Source: Minisyncoccota bacterium
GTDB taxonomy: Bacteria; Patescibacteriota; Minisyncoccia; Phycocordibacterales; UBA9973
Length of the DNA: 64,000 bases
NCBI GenBank assembly: GCA_035403785.1
Contig: DAONFW010000005.1
Location: forward strand, 3,045-67,044
Direction: 5' to 3'
Shown here: positions 34,832-44,617 of the stretch, one piece after another
Layout of the letters: each line of letters opens with the position of its first letter
Position numbering within the stretch: the first letter of the stretch is position 1
The notes under the pieces: generated by a model
What the model was told of the DNA's origin: nothing
What the model saw: the letters and a program-made list of their open reading frames with translations, nothing else
The model's database searches: none
Translations under genes and position numbers: made by a program

Positions 34832-35359
34832 CTACATCTCCATCAACTTTTTATAAAGTTCAAAAGTTGCACGCGCGTCAGAAAGGCCACTGTGTGGCTG
34901 CTCGTTTTTTATATCAAAACGTTTACACATTTCTCGCAAAGAAAAATGTTTTAAACTTGGATCTCTGTGAAGTTTTGCCCAAGCAATAGAAATTGTATCT
35001 AATTTGTGATAATGCAAAGTATTTTCTATACCGTATTTATTTAAATTATAATCAATAAATTCAAAATCAAATGAGACATTCTGACCAATCATGATACAGT
35101 CTTTTACTTTTTCTGAAAAAATTTTCATCGCTTCTTCTATTTCATAGCCAAATTCCCAATCTTTTTCATTATATTTATTTATTTTCAAAGCTGTCTTGTT
35201 TGCGTTTTCTATATGCCTTGGTTTTATTTTAAATTCAAATTCTTCTATTGTTTTTAATTTATGATCAGTAATTATGCAACCAATTTCAACAATCTCGTGT
35301 TCTATCACATTAAGTCCAGTAGTCTCTATATCGATGAAAGCTAAATTGTGTTTTTTCAT
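34832..35359 (-). CDS. DEDD-family 3'-5' exonuclease (DnaQ/oligoribonuclease-like).
   Basis: A 175-aa ORF with Exo I (AFIDIETTGL), Exo II (GQNVSFDFEFI) and Exo III (HSGLSDARATFELY) motifs. Confidence 0.7.
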   Translation of the reverse strand: MKKHNLAFIDIETTGLNVIEHEIVEIGCIITDHKLKTIEEFEFKIKPRHIENANKTALKINKYNEKDWEFGYEIEEAMKIFSEKVKDCIMIGQNVSFDFEFIDYNLNKYGIENTLHYHKLDTISIAWAKLHRDPSLKHFSLREMCKRFDIKNEQPHSGLSDARATFELYKKLMEM

Positions 35360-35375
35360 AAAAATTTTTTAAAAA

Positions 35376-36320
35376 TTATTTCAAATATTTAGCTTTGTTA
35401 AGTTTATGTTCTTCGAAAGTTTTTGCATAATGTATTTCCCCTTCAGTATCGTGTAAATAATACAAATACGGTGAATTTGCTGGTTTTATTGCGGCTTTTA
35501 TTGCTTCTATTCCGGGATTACAAATTGGACTTGCCGGCAAGCCTTTGTTTTTATAAGTCCACATATCAGCATCTACTTGGAGTGGCATGTGTTTTGAAAT
35601 TCTGTTCCAAAGAATTCCAGAAATTACAGCTCTATCTGAATCTCCTTTTGCTTCTTTTTCAATAATAGAAGCCATTATCAAAATTTCTGTTTGACTTTTA
35701 CCAGATGCTAAAATTTCTTTTTGCACAGTCTGTATTTTTTTATCAAAATTTTCTTGCATATAAGCTAAAACGTCTTGTTCGTTGTCTTCAGAAAAAGAAA
35801 AATAAGTATCAGGAAACAAAAATCCCTGCTTGTCTTTTGCTGCTTCTAAAAATTTTACTTCATCAAAGTTTTTAAGTTTTGATGAAAAAGTTTCAGCTAT
35901 TTCTAGATTAGTAAAACCTTCTGGAATGGTAATTTTTAATGGCGCTAAATTTCTCTCTTTCATTGCAACTCTTCTTGCCACTTCAAAAACTGGAACTTTT
36001 TCTTTAAATAAATAATCTCCAATTAAAATATGTTTTTCTCCGCCGTAAAGTATTACGAAAGTTTCAAAAACAGTACGCGAACGAATTAAGTTTTGTTCTT
36101 TAAGATTTTTTGAAACATCTCTAAGTGTATCTCCAGTATTTATACTAAACACTCCGCCAACTGGAAATTTTTTAGGTGCGCTTAAAAATCCAAAATAAAT
36201 AATCAAAAAAAAGAAAAATAAAACTACTATGTAAAAAAAGGCTTTCTTAGGCAAAGAACCTTTGTCTGAAGGAATATTAAAGTTAACAGGTTGATTGTTC
36301 TGTGTAGATAAATTTTCCAT
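35376..36320 (-). CDS. mltG: Endolytic murein transglycosylase MltG (YceG-like).
   Basis: A 314-aa ORF with an N-terminal transmembrane segment. The YceG core reads …LQVDADMWTYKNKGLPASPICNPGIEAIKAAIKPANSPYLYYLH…. Confidence 0.7.
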   Translation of the reverse strand: MENLSTQNNQPVNFNIPSDKGSLPKKAFFYIVVLFFFFLIIYFGFLSAPKKFPVGGVFSINTGDTLRDVSKNLKEQNLIRSRTVFETFVILYGGEKHILIGDYLFKEKVPVFEVARRVAMKERNLAPLKITIPEGFTNLEIAETFSSKLKNFDEVKFLEAAKDKQGFLFPDTYFSFSEDNEQDVLAYMQENFDKKIQTVQKEILASGKSQTEILIMASIIEKEAKGDSDRAVISGILWNRISKHMPLQVDADMWTYKNKGLPASPICNPGIEAIKAAIKPANSPYLYYLHDTEGEIHYAKTFEEHKLNKAKYLK

Positions 36321-36325
36321 ATGAT

Positions 36326-37603
36326 TTACATCGGTAAGTTAGTAGGCGGCGCAGCCTCTTTAGATTCAATACGTTCAAGGGTAGGAACTTTGAGCATTTG
36401 ACCTGGAAAATGCCAAATCGTGGCTAGCTCTTCTGTGTTTAAGACAAAAATCTCATGATGTCTAAATTTTGGAAAAAAAATAGATATCGGCCAAGGAATT
36501 CTAATTTTATGCCTAAGTGGCGGATAAAAGAAAGATCTTTCTCGATATTCAGTCAGAACTCTATTTTTCAATTTATACATTGAGCTAGTAGTAAATTGCC
36601 ATGGATAATCAAACTGCGTTGAATTTATACGATTAAAGCTATTCAAATACGGTGAAGTATATTGTCTAAAAACCAAACGCAAATCTTTCTGTCTTCTTCT
36701 ATTATTAGCAAAAACATCTTTCTTCGCTATATAGCAAGCTCTGATACCACAGTCAAAACCCAATTTCAACATTTTTTCTGTTACCCCATCAAGTAATGGC
36801 CCCATAAAGTCAGGAGTACGTCCAGATTTCAAAATACCTGGAGATTTATCAGCTCTTGTTTCAAATTTAGTATAAGGATATGCTATTCTTTCCAATTCAA
36901 GCTGAGATTCTTTTATCCAATCATGTGTACCTTTTACCCCTTTTGTTTTATATTTTTTCTGTGACGCTGTAACTACTATTTGCAACCACATTTGTTCTCC
37001 TTTTTGAATTGAAGCAAAAAGCTCAACCACAGGAGCGATAGGATCAATTTTGTACTCTTCGTCAGGATCTTTGTCCATTCCATAACTAGCATAAGTTCTA
37101 ATTGGATAAGCGTCAGGTTTGGTCAAACCGAATTCACAACCCCAAAGATTCCACTCACTTTTTGGTGTGATTTCATCTACTCCAAGAGTATAATCTTCTG
37201 CTACTCTCACCTGAGCTTGAGGATATTGTGCATAGATTTGAGTTTCAATTAATTGTTTAACACGAGAAGGTGTCCTGATGAAAAAATGTACTTGTCCATC
37301 TATTGATGCTATTTCAAGTGAAAACCAAAACCAAACTGCACCAATCCAATATTTTTCAAAAAGTCCTTTTTTACTCAACATGTAAAGAGCGTTGGTAAAA
37401 AACAGCTCCATGCTTTTTGGTGATTTCAAAACTTCTCTTGGTGGTACCACTTCAAGCAAAACCCATTCAATCCCGGCGATAAAATTTGTTCTTACATAAT
37501 GCACCCATAGCTTCCACGCTGTCCAACCTAAAAAAACTGTAGCCGCTATTGGCAAGAGCCACAGAATAATATTGTAAAAAAAAGTAAACAATGCATTTAA
37601 CAT
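36326..37603 (-). CDS. Hypothetical membrane-anchored protein.
   Basis: A 425-aa ORF with two N-terminal transmembrane segments and a large soluble domain. No family was recognised. Confidence 0.3.
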   Translation of the reverse strand: MLNALFTFFYNIILWLLPIAATVFLGWTAWKLWVHYVRTNFIAGIEWVLLEVVPPREVLKSPKSMELFFTNALYMLSKKGLFEKYWIGAVWFWFSLEIASIDGQVHFFIRTPSRVKQLIETQIYAQYPQAQVRVAEDYTLGVDEITPKSEWNLWGCEFGLTKPDAYPIRTYASYGMDKDPDEEYKIDPIAPVVELFASIQKGEQMWLQIVVTASQKKYKTKGVKGTHDWIKESQLELERIAYPYTKFETRADKSPGILKSGRTPDFMGPLLDGVTEKMLKLGFDCGIRACYIAKKDVFANNRRRQKDLRLVFRQYTSPYLNSFNRINSTQFDYPWQFTTSSMYKLKNRVLTEYRERSFFYPPLRHKIRIPWPISIFFPKFRHHEIFVLNTEELATIWHFPGQMLKVPTLERIESKEAAPPTNLPM

Positions 37604-37858
37604 TACTTATATTTTAATACAAAAGTAAATCAAAACCAAATAAATTGGGGATATTATTTCTCAACTTTTAAAACATTTTTAGTTGATTCTATATTTTGCT
37701 GAGAAGTGAAAAAACCTAACAACAAAAGACAGACAAATATTCCAAGCACTATTAAAAAAATATGAATTATGCCTTTATTTTTTTGCATTTTATTATTATA
37801 ACAAAAAACACCCCACTTTCGCGAGATGTTTCAAGTTTGTATTTATCAGTAAGCAGTT

Positions 37859-38887
37859 TTATACAGCTGTATAAAGTCCATTTTTATTCTTTTTGAAATA
37901 TTTAGGATTTTGAATATTTACAAGAATAGTATTTTTCTTGAAATATCTTTCTTTCATTACTTTTTCAACAATTTGTTCTTTAGATAGAGGTCCTTCTCTT
38001 TTTAGGATATCTCTAATTACATCGCGAGCAACTCCAGCCTTATAACCCCATTCTGTAAGCGCATACATTCCTCTTCCTACCAAAACGAATCTTGGATCTT
38101 TGATAAGTTCATTATGACAAGTTGCTGAATGTGTTTTTCTTCCAAAAGTTTTTGTGATTGCTTCTGCAACTTCTCTGAAATGCATAGGAGATCCATGTTT
38201 TCTCATAACCAAGAAAGCATAATCTTTTACTCCTCTTGTGTGTACGTTTGGCGAAGTTGCCTTTCCCCATTCTCCTAATGGATTTTTTGAAATTTTCTTT
38301 GACATTGCCAACCATCTTCGAGCAACTTCCTCATCTCTATATTCTTCTGTAATATCTTGCATGTGACCAAAGAAATTTTTTATCAATTCTGCTTCTGGAA
38401 TAAGATCCTCATCTTTCATATTAGTGAAAAGTTTCTTTAATGAATCATGAACTTTTCCCGCTACTTCATCATCAATACTCCAGCGAGGATGAAAATGATC
38501 GTCTTCCCTGTGCTTTTTAAAAGAATCTCCTAGTACTAGATAAAAGTGAATATGATTCTGAGTTGATTTGTCTTTTGTGATATGCCCCAAAAGATGTTCT
38601 TCACTCACAACAGAACCTAAACTTTGAATTAATTTTTTTAGTTCATCAAAAACAGCCTGTTCTGCTTTGTAAGCATCAGATTTCTTTATAGACTTTAGAG
38701 CAACATCTTCGATCTGACGAACACGTTCTCGAGTTATGTTGTACTTCTTACCGATTTCTTCAAGGGTCTTTCTTTCAGCATCAGTATTCAAACCAAAACG
38801 ACTCATTATCACATCTGAAGCTCTGTCCTGTAAATGTGAGGTGATTCTTTTGGTAACTTGTTTTGGTTTAAATGATATTGTTGACAT
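37859..38887 (-). CDS. DNA-binding protein with an N-terminal sigma-70 region-4-like HTH and a C-terminal HARE-HTH-like domain.
   Basis: The N-terminus reads …TLEEIGKKYNITRERVRQIEDVALKSIKK (region 4.2-like). The C-terminus reads …MHFREVAEAITKTF…DPRFVLVGRGMYALTEWGY, which resembles HARE-HTH. Confidence 0.3.
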   Translation of the reverse strand: MSTISFKPKQVTKRITSHLQDRASDVIMSRFGLNTDAERKTLEEIGKKYNITRERVRQIEDVALKSIKKSDAYKAEQAVFDELKKLIQSLGSVVSEEHLLGHITKDKSTQNHIHFYLVLGDSFKKHREDDHFHPRWSIDDEVAGKVHDSLKKLFTNMKDEDLIPEAELIKNFFGHMQDITEEYRDEEVARRWLAMSKKISKNPLGEWGKATSPNVHTRGVKDYAFLVMRKHGSPMHFREVAEAITKTFGRKTHSATCHNELIKDPRFVLVGRGMYALTEWGYKAGVARDVIRDILKREGPLSKEQIVEKVMKERYFKKNTILVNIQNPKYFKKNKNGLYTAV

Positions 38888-38991
38888 AAATTATTTTAAT
38901 AAAATGTTTTTTAAAATTTGTAACTATTTATAATATTTATTATACATGATTTTAGGCCAGTGTCAAACTATTTATTCTCTGTTCATTCTGT

Positions 38992-40806
38992 CTATTTTTT
39001 CTCTGAGCGACCGGCTCTAACTCTATCTAGCTCGGTCAAAAGTTTCTTACGTAATCTTACAGAATTTGGAGTAATTTCTATATATTCATCTTCATTAATT
39101 ACTTCCAAGGCACGTTCTATATTAAGGACAAAAGCGGGTTTTAATACTATTGCTTCGTCTGTTCCAGAGGCTCGCATATTTGTAAGTTGCTTGCCTTTTG
39201 TTGGGTTTACAGACATATCGTCCCCTTTAAGAACATTCCCGATAACCATACCTTCGTAAACTTCGGTTCCGTGACTTATATATAATATACCACGTTCTTG
39301 TAAATTTGCAAGAGCAAAGGCTACAGCCTTTCCGTTTACCATAGAAGTCATAGAACCATACTCTCTGCGTCTAATTTCCCCTGCATATTCTTTGAACCCT
39401 ATAAATCTAGCAGACATTATTCCTTCACCTTTAGTATCAACAATAAATTCCCCTCTATATCCCAACAATCCTCTCGTTGGAATATCAAAAATTATTCTTG
39501 CGATACCTTCTTTCTCAGACATGTTCTTCATTATTCCTCTTCTCTTGCCAATTTTTTCTATAACTCCTCCAGAAAATTCCATCGGTACATCTATTACCAA
39601 TTCTTCGTATGGCTCTTTTTGAATTCCATCTTCTTCTTTGATAATTACTTCTGGTTGAGACACCTGCATTTCAAAACCTTCACGTCGCATATTTTCTAAC
39701 AAAATAGCAATATGTAATTCTCCTCTTCCGTAAACTTTGAAAAAGCTTGGCCCAGAACTTTTTGTTCCTTGATCTGGATTAAAATCAACTTTTAACCCAA
39801 CGTTAATTTCTAGTTCTTTTTCTAATCTTTCTTTTATCTGTCTTGAAGTCACAAATTTTCCTTCACGTCCCGCAAACGGAGAATCGTTCACTAAAAAGTT
39901 TAGAGAAATAGTTGGTTCATCAATAGCAATATGCGGCATCATTTCTACACTTTCATCTTCACAAACAGTCTCACCGATATATATGTCAGCGATTCCAGAA
40001 AACAAAACTATATCTCCCGCTGTAGCTTCTTGAACTTCTTTTCTATTCAATCCTTCAAAAGTGAATAGTTTTGTAATTTTTCCAGATCTTGTGCCGTTTT
40101 CATTTTTAACAAAAATCTGACTACCTGAAACCATTTTTCCAGAGTAAATTCTAGCGACTGCCATTCTGCCTAAAAAGTTGTCATAACCCAAATTAAAAAC
40201 TTGCGCAGACATCTTGCCTTCTGACTTAGTAGAAGCTGGCGCAACTTTTTCTAAAATTAAATCTAGAAGTGGCGATAAATCTTTTGATTCATCTGTTAAT
40301 TTTCTTTTTGCAATTCCTTCTCGTCCGATAGCATAAATAGTTTCAAAATCTAACTGCTCATCTGTTGCTCCAAGCTCAATAAACAATTCAAAAATTTCAT
40401 CATGAACTCTCGCAGGATCAGCTGCTGGTTTATCTATCTTGTTAATAACAACAATCGGCTTTAAACCTAATTCTAAAGATTTTTTCAAAACAAATCTTGT
40501 CTGTGGCATTGGACCTTCTACTGCATCTACCAAAAGTAAAACAGAATCAATCGCGCGCAAAACACGTTCTACTTCAGAACCGAAGTCAGCATGCCCAGGT
40601 GTGTCTACTATGTTTATCTTAGTATTTTTGTAATAAATAGAAGTATTTTTAGAGTAAATAGTAATACCTCTTTCTTTTTCTAAATCGTTAGAATCCATTG
40701 AAACATCGTCGCCTTCAAAGACCCCATTCTGCTTCATTAAAGAATCGGTTAATTTTGTCTTACCATGGTCCACGTGAGCTATAATTGCGATGTTTCTAAT
40801 TTCCAT
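38992..40806 (-). CDS. typA: Translational GTPase TypA/BipA.
   Basis: A 604-aa ORF. The G1 motif is [16 protein letters not shown], the G3 motif is DTPGHADF and the G4 motif is NKID. Confidence 0.9.
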   Translation of the reverse strand: MEIRNIAIIAHVDHGKTKLTDSLMKQNGVFEGDDVSMDSNDLEKERGITIYSKNTSIYYKNTKINIVDTPGHADFGSEVERVLRAIDSVLLLVDAVEGPMPQTRFVLKKSLELGLKPIVVINKIDKPAADPARVHDEIFELFIELGATDEQLDFETIYAIGREGIAKRKLTDESKDLSPLLDLILEKVAPASTKSEGKMSAQVFNLGYDNFLGRMAVARIYSGKMVSGSQIFVKNENGTRSGKITKLFTFEGLNRKEVQEATAGDIVLFSGIADIYIGETVCEDESVEMMPHIAIDEPTISLNFLVNDSPFAGREGKFVTSRQIKERLEKELEINVGLKVDFNPDQGTKSSGPSFFKVYGRGELHIAILLENMRREGFEMQVSQPEVIIKEEDGIQKEPYEELVIDVPMEFSGGVIEKIGKRRGIMKNMSEKEGIARIIFDIPTRGLLGYRGEFIVDTKGEGIMSARFIGFKEYAGEIRRREYGSMTSMVNGKAVAFALANLQERGILYISHGTEVYEGMVIGNVLKGDDMSVNPTKGKQLTNMRASGTDEAIVLKPAFVLNIERALEVINEDEYIEITPNSVRLRKKLLTELDRVRAGRSEKK

Positions 40807-40973
40807 ACAGTTTTATATTATTTATAAACAAATAAAAAAGCCGCGAGGCCTTTAGATGCATAAAATAATATCACACTTTTTAAAAATAGGCAATTAAAAA
40901 TTAAAGCAATACTTTAAAAGTATAAGGTAGCTTAAAAAGCTAATCACTAAAATTATTTATTTAGCAACAAAAA

Positions 40974-41012
40974 AGCCCGTCCAAAACAAAATACGACGGG
41001 CTCTTTTTATTT
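40974..41012 (-). terminator. Intrinsic terminator after the small ORF 41038-41253.
   Basis: The hairpin agcccgtc-(12 nt)-gacgggct is followed by a U-run on the minus strand. Confidence 0.5.
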
Positions 41013-41037
41013 TCTAACAAATAGACTTAAATTCAGC

Positions 41038-41253
41038 TTATATTAATTTTTTTAATTCAGCTTCATACTTTGTCATAACTTCCATTGAAGCCTGCATTTG
41101 ATCCATACCACCTTTAACTTTTGCTTGAATTTCAGAAGCAATTGTTTTAAAAAGTTCTGGATTCTTTTCCATCATATTAATAACCATATCTATTTGAGAT
41201 TCTGGCACTCCTTGTTTTCGGAGCATTTTCTTAAGTAAAAAATTTTTAAACAT
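41038..41253 (-). CDS. Hypothetical small protein.
   Basis: A 71-aa helical ORF with a terminator immediately downstream. Confidence 0.3.
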   Translation of the reverse strand: MFKNFLLKKMLRKQGVPESQIDMVINMMEKNPELFKTIASEIQAKVKGGMDQMQASMEVMTKYEAELKKLI

Positions 41254-41322
41254 GTGCTCTATTATATTAGTTTTTTAAGAAAGCGCAAAATATATTTAAA
41301 AATGAATAATATTTCACAATTT

Positions 41323-41351
41323 TGTAAGATTTTGTCAAGTTACACGTCTTA
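41323..41351 (+). promoter_or_regulatory. ECF-sigma-type promoter motif TGTAAG-N16-CGTCTTA, copy 1.
   Basis: tgtaag at 41323-41328 and cgtctta at 41345-41351. It lies about 45 nt upstream of the small ORF 41395-41550. Confidence 0.4.
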
Positions 41352-41394
41352 ACCTATAGAACAGTACAAATTATAAATTTCAAAAAAAACAAAC

Positions 41395-41550
41395 ATGATG
41401 GAACAAAATTTAACTTTAGCTGAGAGTGCATTATTACTTGTCGCTTTCTTGGGAACAATTTGTTTATTTGTTATCCTCGAAAACAACTTCGGAAAAATTA
41501 AAAACAAGTTTTTTAATATCAAAAAAATGATTTTTCACCAGGAACAGTAA
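41395..41550 (+). CDS. Small membrane peptide (51 aa) downstream of the ECF-type promoter. It is below the ORF-track cutoff.
   Basis: Manual translation gives MMEQNLTLAESALLLVAFLGTICLFVILENNFGKIKNKFFNIKKMIFHQEQ*. A terminator follows at 41577-41616. Confidence 0.3.
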   Translation: MMEQNLTLAESALLLVAFLGTICLFVILENNFGKIKNKFFNIKKMIFHQEQ

Positions 41551-41576
41551 CAAGCTAAACACACATCAAAATAAGC

Positions 41577-41616
41577 AACCCAGACTTCCCTAACCGGAGG
41601 CTGGGTTCTTTTTTCT
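41577..41616 (+). terminator. Intrinsic terminator after the small peptide ORF.
   Basis: aacccag…ctgggtt is followed by ctttttt. Confidence 0.45.
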
Positions 41617-41652
41617 TATTTTTAAAAATGTTATTATTATATAAGGAGATTT

Positions 41653-41681
41653 TGTAAGAATTTTTGTGCTCAAACGTCTTA
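41653..41681 (+). promoter_or_regulatory. ECF-sigma-type promoter motif TGTAAG-N16-CGTCTTA, copy 2. It is directly upstream of the ECF sigma gene and suggests autoregulation with a leaderless start.
   Basis: tgtaag at 41653-41658 and cgtctta at 41675-41681. The ATG of the sigma gene is at 41683. Confidence 0.4.
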
Positions 41682-41682
41682 T

Positions 41683-42198
41683 ATGACAGGAAAAGTAAAT
41701 CAAAATTTAGAAGCATCTTTTGCTCAGTACTATGACCAGTATTCTGACGCTATTTTTAGATATTGTCTTTACCAGACTTCCAATCGTGAAAAAGCTCTTG
41801 ATCTAACTCAAGACACTTTTATTAAAACTTGGGAATATTTATCAAGTGGAAGCAAAGTGGAAAATATTAAAGCTTTTTTGTACAAAGTAGCAAATAATTT
41901 GATTATTGATTACAGAAGAAAGAAAAAATCTGAATCACTAGATCAAATGATGGAAAAAGGACTTGATATTGGAAATGGAATCAACGACATGGAGCAAGCA
42001 GAAAATATCTACGAAAAAAATACTATTTTGCAAGCCATGAATCAGCTTGAAGAAAAATATCGAGATGTTTTAACTTTGCGTTTTATAGAAAATTTAAGTG
42101 TAAAAGAAATAGCAAAAGTACTTAAAAAAACCGAAAACAATATTTCTGTGAGAATACACAGAGGTATTCAGAAATTGAAAGAAATTTTAGAAAAATAA
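41683..42198 (+). CDS. ECF-family RNA polymerase sigma factor (sigma-70 family).
   Basis: A 171-aa ORF. Region 2 reads …FRYCLYQTSNREKALDLTQDTFIKTWEYL…. Region 4 reads LTLRFIENLSVKEIAKVLKKTENNISVRIHRGIQKLKE. Confidence 0.8.
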   Translation: MTGKVNQNLEASFAQYYDQYSDAIFRYCLYQTSNREKALDLTQDTFIKTWEYLSSGSKVENIKAFLYKVANNLIIDYRRKKKSESLDQMMEKGLDIGNGINDMEQAENIYEKNTILQAMNQLEEKYRDVLTLRFIENLSVKEIAKVLKKTENNISVRIHRGIQKLKEILEK

Positions 42199-42208
42199 AA
42201 AAATTAAA

Positions 42209-43162
42209 ATGGAAGAACAATTCAACAATTTAATAACCAAAATAAGAAATGAAAAAATGACCGAAAATGAAAAAGCGGCTATTTGGTTTAGAGTTGAAAC
42301 TTTCGCAAAAAATAATCCGGTTGGTTCTTCTAAATTAGTAAAATATCCATACTTCTCTGCTCATCATTTTTTCACTGCAGGAAAAGTATTTGCTACAAGT
42401 ATTCTCCTTGTAGTTTTTGGATTTGGTGGACTTTCATATTCTTCAGCGTCTTCCCTTCCAGGAGATCTTTTATATTCAATAAAAATAAATGTTAACGAAA
42501 AAATAGAGGAAAAATTAACTTTTACTCCTGAGAAAAAAATAAATTTAAGAAAGAAAAGAATTGAAACCAGACTGACAGAAGTTGAATCTTTAATTAAAGA
42601 AAATAAAGTAACCAAAAAAAACAGAGAAATCGTAGAAAAAAACATTAAAGTAGAAAAAGAAAAAATAGAAAGTGAGCTAAAACAGATTCAAGAACAAAAT
42701 CCAGAAATAGCTGTAGCCGCTAAAGCAGAAATAGAGAATTCTATTAAAGACCATCAGGAAAAAATAGACTCTCTAATGCAAGAAAAAATTGATTCTGAAG
42801 TAACAGACGACCCAACAATAGACTCAGAAACTTCAGTTAATACAACAGAAAACACTGAAAACGAAGCAACTACAAATTCACCAGCAATTTCTAACGAAAC
42901 AGAAAATTTAAATTCAGCAGAAATTACTGAAAACCAAACTCCAATCCAGGCAACACAAGAAACTCAGCAAAATACAGCAACAGAAACTACGGCAGTTACC
43001 CAAGAAGCTGCAACAGTAGGAGTAGAAGCAAAAAAAGAAGTTAAAAATCAAGAAACTTTGCTACTCATCAACAGCCTCAAAACCATCACCGCTATCAGCG
43101 ACACTACTCTTTCTTCTGACAAAATAGATAGCGAGAGCGCCGACACACAAGAAAGCGAATAA
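42209..43162 (+). CDS. Putative anti-sigma factor / membrane protein with an extracytoplasmic coiled-coil domain.
   Basis: A 317-aa ORF, 10 nt after the sigma gene. It has a cytoplasmic segment of about 50 aa, one transmembrane segment (VFATSILLVVFGFGGL), a coiled coil, and a Thr/Glu/Asn-rich tail. Confidence 0.35.
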   Translation: MEEQFNNLITKIRNEKMTENEKAAIWFRVETFAKNNPVGSSKLVKYPYFSAHHFFTAGKVFATSILLVVFGFGGLSYSSASSLPGDLLYSIKINVNEKIEEKLTFTPEKKINLRKKRIETRLTEVESLIKENKVTKKNREIVEKNIKVEKEKIESELKQIQEQNPEIAVAAKAEIENSIKDHQEKIDSLMQEKIDSEVTDDPTIDSETSVNTTENTENEATTNSPAISNETENLNSAEITENQTPIQATQETQQNTATETTAVTQEAATVGVEAKKEVKNQETLLLINSLKTITAISDTTLSSDKIDSESADTQESE

Positions 43163-44506
43163 CCCGAAAATAAATAAATATTTACCATTAAGCCCACTCA
43201 AAATCGGAGCACTGGCTAATTTATTTTTATTTTCATTAGAGTTTTCATCTAACTCTTCTTCTCCTTCTTTTTCTGATTTTGCTTTTATTTCATCTTCTGA
43301 TTCTTGATTATTAGAATTATTATTTTCTACTCTTTTTACTGGAGCTGATTTTGAATTAAAATCATAAACAACTTCACCGTTGGGCATAATCAATTTCAAA
43401 TCTTTTTCGTCCCCTTTCATAAATCCAGAAATTCTTCCAGGTATCGTTATAAAATTTTCAGCGGTAATTACTGTGTTTTTTGGAATTGAAAAATTTTTTC
43501 CACCAGAAGATAAAATCCAATTTGAAACATCAATTTTGTAATTAGCATTGTTAGTAAGTTCAATAAAGAAATCTTTATAGTCTCCGACATTACTAATCGA
43601 AACAGTTAACGGTACAACTTTTACAACCAAATTAACTGTTATCTCTGGAATTACAGAATCTTTCTTTTTAAAATATTCTAAAGAAACATTATATTCACCA
43701 GGATAATAATAAGTGTGCGTAAATTTTTCAAAACCGCCTTCTACTTTTTTTGAATCACCATCACCAAAATTCCAAAAATATTTTCCGCAGGCGTATGTCT
43801 CGTCTCCATATTTTACATCTAAATTAAACTCAATTGGCTGACCCGCAAAAGCCAAAGTCGGAGCCAAAATATTTGCTCTAAAAGTTGGCTTAACTTTTGG
43901 TTTATCTTTTTGGGAACCAGAAGAATTAGAACTGCCACCAGAAGAACCTGAATTATTATTTGTATTTTCATTATTTTCTTCATTATTACTTCCAGAATTT
44001 TCATCACTAGAATTAGAACTATTTTGGTTCAAAGCTTTTGGCGTAGGCGTGGCTGTCACCCAGCTTGAATTAATTTTTTGAAAACTTTTTCCGTCAGTTG
44101 CTGTTCCTAGATTTGCCATGTCCATCAGATCACTCAGACTATACAAAAGAATTTGATTATTATTTGCGATAGTGTTGGAACTTGCCCAAGTTGCATCAGC
44201 TGGCACATTTCCAACATAACCATTTTCATTCACAACAAGAAAATATCCACCAGCTAGAATCGTCTTTCCTTCCAACCTGCTTGCCGCAACAAGCGAATAT
44301 TCAGCGCCAGAAGACGTTCTCTTTTTCAAAAACCAATTTGTTAAATCAATATCAGAACTGCTGTCATTGTATAATTCGATAAATTCATCAGTAGCAGAAC
44401 TTCCCCCAACTTGCACTTCGTTAATAATCACGCTGGCACCGGCGACTTTGAACGAAAAAACAAAAATAAAAAACACGAAGACAAAACTGATTTTCTTTTT
44501 TAACAT
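43061..44506 (-). CDS. Lamin-tail-domain (LTD) surface protein with a PKD-like domain and a C-terminal transmembrane anchor.
   Basis: It has a signal peptide. The LTD reads INEVQVGGSSATDEFIELYNDSSSDIDLTNWFL and the PKD-like segment reads YFWNFGDGDS…HTYYYPGEYNVSL. It ends in the transmembrane segment LFIFGLFAFLCVGALAIYFV. Confidence 0.6.
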   Translation of the reverse strand: MLKKKISFVFVFFIFVFSFKVAGASVIINEVQVGGSSATDEFIELYNDSSSDIDLTNWFLKKRTSSGAEYSLVAASRLEGKTILAGGYFLVVNENGYVGNVPADATWASSNTIANNNQILLYSLSDLMDMANLGTATDGKSFQKINSSWVTATPTPKALNQNSSNSSDENSGSNNEENNENTNNNSGSSGGSSNSSGSQKDKPKVKPTFRANILAPTLAFAGQPIEFNLDVKYGDETYACGKYFWNFGDGDSKKVEGGFEKFTHTYYYPGEYNVSLEYFKKKDSVIPEITVNLVVKVVPLTVSISNVGDYKDFFIELTNNANYKIDVSNWILSSGGKNFSIPKNTVITAENFITIPGRISGFMKGDEKDLKLIMPNGEVVYDFNSKSAPVKRVENNNSNNQESEDEIKAKSEKEGEEELDENSNENKNKLASAPILSGLNGKYLFIFGLFAFLCVGALAIYFVRRKSSVADSGDGFEAVDE

Positions 44507-44617
44507 AAATTATTTAAAAAATTTTAATATGTTATAATAATAACACTTGTCCCGTTTAAAAAATAGCGGGAAAAGCAAGAATCTAATAAATTTTATTAAA
44601 TTAATTTTTTAAATAGG

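Noticed and set aside
37650-37787. Possible 45-aa small membrane protein on the minus strand (MQKNKGIIHIFLIVLGIFVCLLLLGFF…).
   Set aside because: It is below the ORF-track cutoff. My hand translation did not give a clean in-frame length, so the coordinates are uncertain.
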